Below, one piece after another: positions 40,741 through 52,546 of a DNA stretch of 64,000 nt. Position 1 is the stretch's first letter, and each line of letters opens with the position of its first letter. Origin of the DNA: Sphaerodactylus townsendi (taxonomy: Eukaryota); assembly GCF_021028975.2 (NCBI RefSeq), contig NC_059439.1:25978001-26042000 (forward strand), written 5' to 3'. Position numbers and translations under genes: made by a program. The notes below the pieces were generated by a model that ran no database searches, had not been told where the DNA came from, and worked only from the letters and a program-made list of their open reading frames with translations.

Positions 40741-43074
40741 GGTTGTGGCCAAGTGGTAGAGTTCATGGTTTGAATGTTGGAAGCTTTAAGGTCAAGCTAT
40801 ATCTAGTTAAAAAGGACCTCAGTGGAGTCGAGGAAGATATTTCTCTGCCTAAGATCGTGAAGAGCCACCACCAGCCACAATAGGAAAGAATGAGCAAGAT
40901 AAGTTTCAGACAAAGGGAGATTTGATTCTTGGAATCTTCTACCCTGGACATCATTTTGGTCTCTCAAGTGCTACTGAATTCCAGTCTAACTGAGCGAAAT
41001 GTGGCTATACCACTCCATTGCTGCCTATCACTGTATATGTTCTAGACTAGGGGCTTTCCGCATGGGGTTATTTTGTTGGTTCTGCCACCATATTGCTTTG
41101 GTTTATCCCCGAATTTCTCCATGCGTTTTTGTACCTTTAGTTTTCATTTTGGCTTTTTTGTTTTTCCCCTGGGGGTTTTCAGGCTCTTTTAAGATCACAT
41201 TTCTGCCAACATTTTTCTGAAAGCCTTTTGAGCCGTGTTATGCTTTGGTCGGTTTTCTTTCTCCCACCGATCTCCAGCCTTCTTTTCAATGATTGGATTG
41301 TCGTCATCATTACATTACTGAGTCTCGCTACTTTTCCACACAACCAAGGATTTAAGGTTTTTTTAATGGCCCTAAAATATCAATATAACACTACAGTTTC
41401 GTAATGATAGTTTAAGCAACTTGTCTGAATTCCCAGATTTCATTTAAAAAGAAGTAAGGTTCTAGCCCCTTGCTGAGATATGCCTTTTCCTTATATCTAC
41501 AAGAGGGTAGGGACTAGAGCCTTACTTTTTAAAAACAAAAGCTGAGTGTTTGGAGGACATGGTTAAGCTATCATATAACACTACAGCATTATATCACTAT
41601 TTTAGAAAATAGTTGAAATTACAATACAAAAGATATCTACGCACAATTATATTAAGCGCAGGTTACATAGTGGATCCTAATATAACATTTTCAAATTACT
41701 AGAGAGACCTTATAAGGTCTTAGAATCTTTGACTTTTGTTTGCCAGCTCCAAAGCATTTTTACTAGTCCAATTATTATAAATCATTATTAGCTTTCAATC
41801 ATCTTGTTTGCACATAGTTTAGATCAGTATAAAAATTAACGACCCCATTTCTCATCGAATTTGTGTTTTGAACGTCAATTTACCAAGATTTGTCAGCTTG
41901 GCCGATAACAGCATATTCTATCATGTTATCTTCCCAACATTCTATTGTAAAACCTTATTACATTCTATTGTAAAACCTTATTGTAAAAACATTCTATTGT
42001 AAAACCTTTATCAGATCTCCAAGTGGTTGCAATTGTTAGTCTTTTCAGATCTATTTAATATATTTTGAAAAATAATTTTAAAAATATTTTAAAAATATTT
42101 TAGGGCTTTAAAATATATATACTGATGGGAACATCACCCACTGAGAGACACTGTGGGTGATGGGAGACACTGATGGGAACATCACCCTTTCTTGAAAATC
42201 CTGATTAATTAAGCCATGTGTAGAAGAAAATAAGCTGACTTCACAAATAGGAAATGCCCAGGAAGGGAAGACACGCAGAAGCACCCTGCCCTAACCTATT
42301 CTAATGCTTACAGGTCAACTGCCAAGAAAATCAGCAGCAATTCCCTCATGTGGATAAAGTCTTGGTAGTCTCTCCATCATAGATGTCAAACTCACGCCCC
42401 TCCAGATGTTATGGACTACAGTTCCCATCATCCGCTGCCAGCATCATGCTGGCAGGGGATGATAAGGAGACGCTCAATTATAACTCCTGGAGAACTAAGG
42501 GTTTGACACCTGTGATCTACATCATCGAACATATCGTGTTAAACACTTATGCTTTGTTTTAGGTTTGTTTCAGTTCTGTTTTAGATTTCGCTTTGTTTTC
42601 AGATTTCTGTAATCCTATGGTGCTGTAATCACTGGATGCCCCACTGTGCTGATTTGCTTGACTTCCATTACGTAATTCACATTATATAATCACCAAGAAA
42701 GGTAGACAGTAAATAACCTAATTAAATAAACGTCAACTTTCTGACTCAGTACAAAGCAAGGAGCAGCAGTGGCGTAGTGGTTAAGAGCAGGTGTGCTCTA
42801 ATCTGGAGGAATCGGGTTTGATCCCCCGCTCTGCCGCTTGAGCTGTGGAGGCTTATCTGGAGAATTAGATTAGCTTGTGCACTCTAACACATGCCAGCTG
42901 AGTGATCTTGGGCTAGTCACAGTTCTTTGGAGCTCTCTCAGCCCCACCTACCTCACAGGGTGTTTGTTGTGAGGGGGGGAAGGGAAAGGAGTTTGTAAGC
43001 CCCTTTGAGTCTCCTTACAGGAGAGAAAATGGGGATATAAATACAACTCATCATCATCATCATCATCCTCATCC

Positions 43075-43430
43075 AGCTACGCGGGCCCTGCGGGATCTTA
43101 CTGAATTTCGCAGGGCCTGCAAGACGGAGCTGTTCCACCGGGCTTTTAGAGGGCCAGGCCGCTGATGCCTCGCTTTTTTCTAACATAATGGACCCTGCCG
43201 TTCCCCCTCCCTCTTCCTCCCCCCTCTCTTAGGGGACCATGAGTAGGACGCCATCGGTAATTCTGATATTAAGATGCTGCATTTTAATTGGGGGTTGATT
43301 TTAATGTATAGAGCCATATTTAATGATTATCTATAACTTGTTTTTACTGTGCTCTATCTATTTGTTTGTTCAACGCCCTGAGCCCTCTGGGGGAGGGCGG
43401 TTTAGAAATACAATAAATAATAATAATATA
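43075..43430 (+). mobile_element. L2-like LINE 3' end inserted in the (CAT)n tail of a Squam3 SINE
   Basis: FRRACKTELFHRAF C-terminus, CGCCCTGAGCC...GGGCGG stem, (AAT)n tail; (TCA)n on both sides. Confidence 0.65.
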
Positions 43431-43561
43431 ATCATCATCATCATCATCATCATCATCATGTGGTTACTCGTCCCAGAGCTGTACATACCCCAGTGTCTGC
43501 TCCGTCTCTACTCTGACAAATAAAAGTTTCCCTTCTCATGACTGTTTGGGTCTCATTTTAG

Positions 43562-46500
43562 GTGCAATACTCTTCCTTCAAACTCTGTCCAATCTCTCCT
43601 TCCTTGCTGATACTGCCCCAGCTGGGGTCCAGGAAGAGAAGGGTTCCGGGCTGGAGAGCCCCCCTGAATGGCAGGTGAGACTGCGGAAAGAGTTTGGCAC
43701 CAGCTTAAAGATCTCACGGCAGACCCTCTGCAAAACAAGCATCCTTGCACGCCACTATGTAAGTATCTTCTTACTGCTTCTGCTTGACCTCTAACAGTGC
43801 TTTACCGAACCACTGTTAATAAGTTACAGTGCACGCATGAATGACATAATGTTTATTTACAGTTAACAACCAGTAATACAATAATTCATAAAAGGCCAAA
43901 TTCCAAATTTTGACAAAGTAAAAAGTTAAAATATAAAATAGAACTTATTTTAACGTTCCTCTAAAACAGGGGTGGCCAACCTATGGTGCTCCAGATGCTC
44001 ATGGATTCCAATTCCCATCAGCCCTGCCAGCACGGCCAATTGGCCATTCTGATAGGGGCTGATGGGAATTGTAGTCCATGAACATCTGGAGCACCATAGG
44101 TTGGCCACCCCTGCTCTAAAAGAACTGATGGTCTCCTATCCACCTGTTTTCCTGTATTTATTTACTAAAACACAAAACCGAGCTACAGTACTGGAAATTC
44201 TTTGGTCCTTACCCAACAGCAAATAGGTCAATTTCCATTTATTATCTTTTCCAGGCCATTCTAGGCCCCAGGATTTCGTCTCTAAATTTACTATATAGAG
44301 GGCACATAAGTAACTTGCGAATCCACTTATTCCAGAGAGCAACCACAGAGCCTCTGTTCATAGGAGAGTTTCTTGAACGCATGGACAACCTGTGTGCAAT
44401 GTACGCTTGATTTTTCTTCATGTGTGCATTGAGTAATTCTTCTGTTCCATGTGGTTTATTCTCCACATTTATCCAGGTATTGGTTGCTGGTTTCATTTGG
44501 AAAGTGTACACGCACCAGCTCTTTGTTATAAACAGGTGTATCCACATAAAGGTCTTCACTGTAACAAGTGACTGGGGCCAGTGTAATCCTAAACAGATAT
44601 ATTTTTCCAAACAAGCTTCCTTGGGAGATGGTGGGGTCTCCTTCTTTGAAGATGATGCTGATTGCCACTTTGGGGTCAGAACCTCCAGGCCAGATGGGTC
44701 AGGGATCGTGGAGTTTTTTTTGCCTTCCTTTGGGCATAGGGCAAAGGTCATTGGAAGAGTGGGGAGGATACTTGTGAATGTCCTGCATTGTACAGCGGGT
44801 CGAATTAGATGACTCTTGAGGTCTCTTCCAATTCTATATTTCTATGTGTCTAAATCCATTTAAGTCAGTGGGTTTAGAAGGATAACTCTGATTAACTGTG
44901 GGTGCCAAGGACAGAATCTAGGAACTTCTGCATGCAAAACAGATGCTCCCCCACTGAGCCACACACACACCCTCCATAGTTTTTGGACTAGAGAATGCCT
45001 GTTGAAGGCATGATTCATTCTACTGATTGTCTTTGGCCAATTAATGACTTTTTCAACCATTAAAATGAATCAGCACCATATGAATGTATCTACAGTCAAG
45101 TTGCAACCAATTTATGACAACCCCAGTGGGGGGCTCTCAAAGCACATGAGAAGCAGAGGTGGATTGCCACTGCTTTCTACTGCAGTGGCTTCCTTGGTGG
45201 TCTCCCATCCAAGTATTGACCCTGCTTAGCTTCTGAGATCCAACAAGATCTCAGAACGTGCCTATACCATGTTGTGACATGTACACAACAGGAGGTGTGG
45301 AAACAGTATGGAAACCTGGCCGCACGCGAATGCGACGTTGTGTGAAAATTTCAAAGCAATCGGTCCAGTAGTTTGGGAGATTACCTGTCAGCAGAAAAAC
45401 GCACTGATAGATTTATATATATACTAGCGGGCTCGGCCACGCTTTGCTGTGGCTGAGTCGGGTGAAGTGGAAAAGGAAGAAAAGGGGAAGCGAATGGTTC
45501 GAACGTGTGTCATTGAACAATGATTACAAGGGAGGGGAGAGGCAAGGGGCCCCTCGCTCCCCTCCCTCTCTCCCGTTCCCTTGCATGGCAACCCTGCAGG
45601 TCCCTCCCTAACGTTCCCCTTCCTCTGCTAGGGTGGGCGGGCCATGTCCAGGTGGGCTGGTCCTGTCCCTTTCACTCCCTTCCCTTGCAGGCGAATTATC
45701 TGGCGGCAAAAAACGGCTGGGGAGGCATGAGCTTCACGTTGTGTTCAAATTTCAAGGCGTTTGGTCCATCAAACCCTGGACCCTCCCTCACCTTCCCCTT
45801 CCTCCGCTAGGGTGGGTGGGCCATGTGCAGATAGCCCGCCCCATCCTGTTCACTCCATAAGGCAGTGGTTTTCAAGGAAGTCATGGTTGGTTTCCCGCTT
45901 ATTGTCCAGGGTGTTGCTTTGATGGCCAGCAGATGCGGCTGTTCTTGAGAACAGAACTGTGGTTCCAGCATCACCCAGGTGTAGCATGTACACAATAACT
46001 GGCTTTGCTGGTTGACATGTACACAACAGGAGGTATGGAAGCAGTGGCAGAACCACCTGGCCGCTTTATGAATGCGACATTGTGTGAAAATTTCAAAGCA
46101 ATCGGTCCAGTAGTTTGGGAGATTACCCGTCAGCAGAAAAACGCACTGATAGATTTTTATATATATGGATTGTTCAAGGTTTTTACAGCGGGAATCAACT
46201 GTCTGTTGTGGGCTTTCTGGGCTGCGTGGCTGTTGTCTGGTGGTTTTTGCTCTGAATGTATTCCCCGGATCTATAGGTGGCAACTTCGGAGGCATGTCAT
46301 GGTTTTCTCTCTGTGACGTGCCTCTGAAGGTGCCAACCACAGATGTGCGCAAAAGGTTAGGAGCAAAAACTACCAGGCCGTGGCCACACAGCCTGGGCCC
46401 CTTCCGCACATGCAGAATAATGCACTTTCAATCCACTTTCATAATTGTTTGCAAGTGGATTTTGCTATTCCTCACAGTAAAATCCAGCTGCAAAGTGCGT

Positions 46501-49500
46501 TGAAAGTGGATTGAAAGTGCATTATTCTGCATGTGCAGAAGGGACCCTGGAAAACCCACAAAAGCCAAATGTGTAGTCTGTTTAGCTAAGCTTTTTGTGC
46601 AGTGTGCTACACTGGCTTTACAGTGAAACCGCATGTTATATTCCTCATAAATATGTTCTTCAAAGAACCTGCTACTCTCACCCCCTTTCCCTTAAGGCAC
46701 AGTAAGAACAGTTATGAGAAAAATTGGTTTGCACTGCTTTGGTTTACACTGCTCTCTCCTCTTACCCCAGCTCTCTACCCGTCTGTCGGGAGCGCAGCTG
46801 CCTCTTGCCTCAAGCTCAGAGAAACTTCCTTCAGTCAGCCTCAATTTCAGCTCATGGATTTCTCTTCCGGTAAGAAGATGAGGACTTTGAGGAAGTTTGG
46901 GGCGGACGATGTGTGTTGCCTTTGGTGAATTAGTTTATGGGGGGCTGTGAGCCAGAATTAGTGGACTCAAGAATGGGTTCACTCAGAATCCTACTCGGTC
47001 CTAAGAAATTGTTCTTAGGATTTGCCCTGTTAATTCTGTAGGAGGGAAGCCAGAAGGAAACTCTTTACTTCCAGCTTACATTGGTCTTATAGAAGAAGAA
47101 GAAGAGTTTGGATTTATATCCCCCCTTTCTCTCCTACAGAAGACTCAAAGGGGCTTACAATCTCCTTGCCCTTCCCCCCTCACAACAAACACCCTGTGAG
47201 GTAGGTGGGGCTGAGAGAGCTCCAAGAAGCTGTGACTAGCCCAAGGTCACCCAGCTGGCGTGTGTGGGAGTATACAGGCTAATCTGAATTCCCCAGATAA
47301 GCCTCCACAGCTCAGGCAGCAGAGCTGGGAATCAAACCCGGTTCCTCCAGATTAGATACACGAGCTCTTAACCTCCTACGCCACTGCTGCTCCTGCACAT
47401 TTTCTGCACATTTTCTTATACCAGTTTAATACCCATGGCTTACCCCAAAGAATCCTGGGAATTGTCGTTTACTGAGCATGCCAAGAAACATCCCCACTCC
47501 CCAGCGGTCTTTCATGGAACTAACATTTTCTTAGGCCGTATATCGACAATAAATATGAATAGATCCTTTTGTAAAACTGTGGTTGCTGTTACTTTTTTTT
47601 TTTGTCGCGCCGTGATCTCTGGATAAAACAATCCTGTGCATTTTCACAGTACTTCAAATCATACTGTAGGAAAGTTGTTGCAGAATTGTGTAAATTGCAA
47701 TTCTGCAACAAACCAATCTGCATTTGCGTATAACTAGTCTGCAAAACCTATCGGCTAATGAAATGTAATTCCCCCCCCCCCCCCCCAACTTCCTGCCGTT
47801 CCTTGATCATGCCAGCTGGGTGACCTGGGGCTTGTCACAGCTTCTCGGAGCTCTCTCAGCCCCACCTACCTCACAGGGTGTTTGTTGTGAGGGGGGAAGG
47901 GCAAGGAGATTGTAAGCCCCTTTGAGTCTCCTACAGGAGAGAAAGGGGGGATATAAATCCAAACTCCTCCTCCTCCTCCTCCTCCTTCTTCTCCTTCTTC
48001 TCCTTCTCCTCCTCCTCCTTCTTCTTCTTCTTCCATTCATGCCCTTTGTCACCATGAGTTGGTTGTGATTGGGCAGCCCTTTGTCCATTCATGAAGCCTG
48101 ATAGTAGAGCAGACAATTCACATCTATCAGAAAACACGGGTCACCTGTGGGTCATCCTGTATAATTAGCCGGTCCCTTGTGCATGTGTTCAATTTAGACT
48201 GTGACCGTAGCATACACAGGGAAGGGACTTTAGCTTCCCACCCTTAAATAGTCTTAGGAAAACCAGGACATTTGGGGAAACCAGGAAATATACACAATGG
48301 CTACAAAGTACTCCTCACAAGGACCATTGTTGTTTGGGGAGAAAGCACAGGGGGAAAGGTTTATACTTCCTACTTCCTACTACAGCCCACTGCTGTAATC
48401 TAAACTGGGCACCACATATGTGGAACTGATGGCAACTTGGCAATCCATGCGTGATACTTAGGAGATAGGATCGGAACACAGGACCCCACCTGTGTTTCCC
48501 ATAATGCATGAATTGGCTACTAGATCAGAAAAGAATGGCAGCAGTGATCAAGGCAGATTATATTTTTTACCAGAATTCCTGTAAGCATAAGGTGACCAGA
48601 TGGTCACCTTTGTGAACCGGGACAGGCGGGTAGGCGGGCAGACGGGTAAGTAGGAGCACACGGCCTTCTGGGGCGCTCCCGTTTCCCACCCTGTCACAGG
48701 GCGGGAAACGGGAGCACCCCAGAAGGGCTGTGGGGTGGCTCCCCTGTGGGCTACGCATTAATGGGAGGCTGCCACACTGCCTTGCGCCCCAGAAGGCAGT
48801 GCGGCAGCCTTTCAAAAACCGGGACACTTGAAAAAACCCACAGGACACGGGACAAATTGTTTTAAGGCGGGACTGTCCCACCAAACGCGGGACGTCGGGT
48901 CAGCCTATGTAAGCAGTGTCAGTGAAAAGTAGTTTGTGGGCCAGTCCCACCCCAGCCTACTCACTAGAAGGCAGGTTCTATGCCCAGCTCAAAGAAGGAG
49001 AAGGGAGGTCAAAGGAGAGAGGCAAGACTATGCTAAGTTTAATGTCTGAGTTTGCCATTTTCCCAGAATGCCGAGCGCCTGTCTCACATGGCCAAGATGC
49101 TCTCATACTATCGGGGCCTAATACAGCAGCTTCGGGAATACGAGACGACGAAAGAGGATTCCCAGTTCACTGCTCAGTTTGAAACACTTGGCTTGTATCT
49201 CCGAGACCTGAATCATCACGTGAATTACCAGGTGGGCCCCTTTGCTCTGAGGTGCATGGTTTGGAAGCTGTTGGCTTTCGATTTATGCAGCGTCTCACCT
49301 TCCCCTGGTTCTCTCCACAGATGTCACTTTGGGGTTTGCACCAGAAAGACTCTCTCGGACCTGCCCTCGAGCCCCCTCAGATCCTTCGACACCAGAGTCA
49401 ATGGAGAAACCGCCTGGAAGTAAACTACGTCTTGAACAACCTCAAGAATCTCCTCTGCCGTGTTGTGCGGGACTTCATGTTGCTCAGGAGGAGAATTGCC

Positions 49501-49503
49501 TGA
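43562..49503 (+). CDS. IL27: Interleukin-27 subunit alpha (p28); first coding exon not fixed
   Basis: Exons 43562-43758 (signal peptide remainder; LRKEFGTSLKISRQTL vs human LRREFTVSLHLARKLL), 46771-46869 (EKLPSVSLNFSSW vs EQLPDVSLTFQAW), 49067-49231 (NAERL...LRDLNHHVNYQ vs DPERL...LRDLQRHLRFQ), 49321-49503 (QW...LLCRVVRDFMLL vs SW...VLSRAVRELLLL). Phases 1/0/0/0; tail-to-tail with APOBR as in human. Confidence 0.9.
45083..45270 (-). mobile_element. 5S rRNA-derived SINE (degraded)
   Basis: Minus strand GATCTCAGAAGCTAAGCAGGGTC...TACTTGGATGGGAGACC matches the 5S box A/C region, followed by a non-5S body. Confidence 0.65.
45271..46170. mobile_element. Helitron/Helentron-like element preceded by a head-to-tail partial copy
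   Basis: 45271-45422 equals the last roughly 150 bp of the element and is fused to a full copy at 45423-46170. Confidence 0.6.
48588..48907. mobile_element. hAT non-autonomous element (TAGGGTGACC-type TIR)
   Basis: TAAGGTGACC / GGTCAGCCTA termini with exact TSD TGTAAGCA. Confidence 0.75.
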
Positions 49504-49693
49504 ACTCTTCCTGTGACATTGAAATCTCTCCCACATTCTAACCTCCCTTAGCTGACAGGTTCAGAGGGGGGCCGCCTTGGTCTGCAGCAAAACGGCACCT
49601 TAGAAACCGACCAGAATTTTGGGGTACAATCTTTTGAGAGTCAAAGCTCCAAAGCTAGCATCCTGGCATCCAGGATCATTCCCCTCCCTCCGG

Positions 49694-49780
49694 TAATTTA
49701 TGAATGAATTCTACTTCTTGTCTAACATATTTAATTTATATGTATTTATTTTATTTAATTTAATTTATTTTCTCAATAAA
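49694..49780 (+). promoter_or_regulatory. AU-rich element cluster and poly(A) signal of the IL27 3'UTR
   Basis: About 7 ATTTA pentamers, then AATAAA at 49775-49780. Confidence 0.8.
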
Positions 49781-52546
49781 GCTGACTGGAAAACTATCCA
49801 CATGTTGCAGAAACAACGGTGCCTTCCGCACATGCAGAATAATGCACTTTCAATCCACTTTTACAACTGTTTGCAAGTGGATTTTGCTATTCCGCACAGT
49901 AAAATCCAGCAGCAAAGTGCACTGAAAGTGGATTGAAGGTGCATTATTCTGCATGTGCGGAAGGGGGCAGTGGCATTTATTCATACCCAGCCTTTTTCTC
50001 CCAGTAGCAGTTTTACATAATTCACCTTGCCTCCATATTATCCCCACATCAACCCTGTCAGCAGTGGTGGGATCCAAACATTTTAATAACAGCTTCCGAT
50101 GGTGGTGGGATTCAAACAGTGGCGCTGCCACACACACGCACGTCCAGTCCCTATTGGGCAGGGAGGTTGCTTTAGTAACCCCTTCTCGGCACTCAGAAAA
50201 AATTAGCAACCGCTTCTAGAGAAATGGTGAGAACTGGTTGGATCCCACCTCTGCATGTCAGGTAGATTAAGTTTTGGCTGACTAACGTAGTTCATCTTCT
50301 CAAATTCGTGCCTGAACCAATCACCACCAGACTGGACGGTAACAGAGCACAGCCAAGCTTTGCAAAATGCCTCACATAGGACAGAATCGTTTTAATAGAC
50401 CAAATTATATTTCAAATATACAAACTTCCTCAGTACAAACACAGGTTTCCATCCTATGCAAGCTGGTGGAGTCTAAGGATATTTAGGGAGTTATTCTGTT
50501 TTGTTTTTTCAGATGAAGGCCATGGCAAACAGACTTTCTTAATCACTTGCCTTGAAAGCCCTTTGTTGGATTGGTCATGAGTCTAACTGCAACTTGACAG
50601 CACTTTACACACAAAACTAATCACTGAGGAGCCCCGATCCATGTTTCTGAGGAGACTGTTTAAATAACATGGATTTTGAATGAAAACCAGTTGAATCAGG
50701 TTCCTTATTAGGTTGCCTTGTGTCACCAGAGCCAGCGTGGTGTAGTGGTTAAGAGCAGGAGGATTCTAATCTGGAGAACTAGGTTTGATTCCCCACTCCT
50801 ACACAGGTTTATCTGGTGAACCAGATGTGTTTCCACACTCCTACATTCCTCCTGGGTGACTTTGGCCTAGTCACAGTTCTTGGGAACTCTCTCAGCCCCA
50901 CCTACCTCGCCAGGTGTCTGTTGTGGGGAGAAAACGGGAAAGGAGCTTGTAAGCCACCTTGAGTCTCCTCACAGGAGAGAAAGGTGGGGTATGAATCTTC
51001 TTTTTCCTCTTCTGTACAAAGGCCATAGGGTTGCCAACTTCCAAGTGGGGACTGGTATTCTCCCAGAATTATGATTGATCCCCAGACTACAGTTCAGCTT
51101 CAGATAGCAAATTCAACGGCATCAGGTCCCTTTTAAGCTCCCTTCCTCCCCAAATTCTGTCCTCCTCAAAGCACCCCCTGCAAACTCTCCACGAATTTTC
51201 CAAGCCAGAGTTTGCAACCTAAATAAAGTGTGGCTGAGAGTGGATCTACAGGGAGCTCAGTTAACAGAAGCTGACAAATCTCTCTGATGAAAGGGCCTTT
51301 TGGTAAACCAGCTTCCCATGGGGTGGGAAGAGGACAAAACCTCTGCACTTTATATGGGCTTATTATGAACACACATATATACAAGGGTTCAAGGGTCTAG
51401 TTCCATTTCCTCCTCTCCCCCATTCCACCTGGGGACCACAAAATCCTTTTCCCAACTGCCTCTCTCTTCCTTGTGCAGGGGTATACAATCCAGGGGGACA
51501 TATGAGGTCAAATATCCCCAGGCTGTGGGAATTTAGTCACGTGGAGGGCAGAAAATCACCCCCATGCCCCTCCTCCTTCCCCCGGGGGCGGAGGAACACT
51601 GACTTTAAAAAGTTGTTTGGTCATGGGGTGGGGGGGACTCAGATTTTGCACCGGGCTACATTTTCCCTAGATATGCCTCTGTCCTTGTGTTACTAGTTCT
51701 GACTTTTGCAGTCTTCTAGCCCCTGTCTCAGCCATTCTATTCTCAGTTCTTTGCTGTTTCAGGATTTTCAGAGTACTGGAAGAACAGAATCAGGCCAAGA
51801 TGGCTGACGGCAACTTCCCTGTATATGCTAAGCATTGTAAGAAACCAAAACTGGAAAGGCATACATGAGTGGCGTAAAGGTTAAGGGATTCCTTCCCTCA
51901 AATTCTCCCACAGAAGAGGATGGAAAAATATAATAAAATGAAAAATTACAGTGTGCAAAGAGCCAGGCAAGTGACTACACACAGGTGTCAAACTCGCGCC
52001 CCTCCAGATGTTATGGACTACAGTTCCCATCATCACTGCCAGCATGATGCTGGCAGGGGATGATGGGAACTGTAGTCCATAACATCTGGAGGGCTGCGAG
52101 TTTGACATCTGTGGACTACAAGCTGCTCTTGGAGGAAGGGACAGTGAATACAAGCGTCACATCTGCACAATTCAATATATCTTATCCGAGAGGCAGCAGC
52201 TTGAACGCACATAGTTTTCCCTTTTCTATTTTCACACAATTCTTATCCCTTTTGCTCTGGAAAGGCTAAAATAATGTTTATTTCTCTAACCCAGGGGTCT
52301 GCAACCTGTGGCTCTCCAGATGTTCATGGACTACAAAACCCATCATCCCATGCCTATTGGCCATGCTGCCAGGGGCTGATGGGAATTGTAGTCCATGAAC
52401 ATCTGGAGGGCTGCAGGTTGCAGACCCCTGCTCTAACCCTTGGCTCCCTGTTTGGCTCCTTCAATTCTTCAGCATGGTAGATGGATCTGGGATGAAGCAG
52501 AGCGATTACAGATTCTTTATGCTACATATTCATCTGATTGATGGGT

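Noticed and set aside
45195-45250. 5S rRNA gene
   Set aside because: Partial and internally deleted, and joined to a SINE body.
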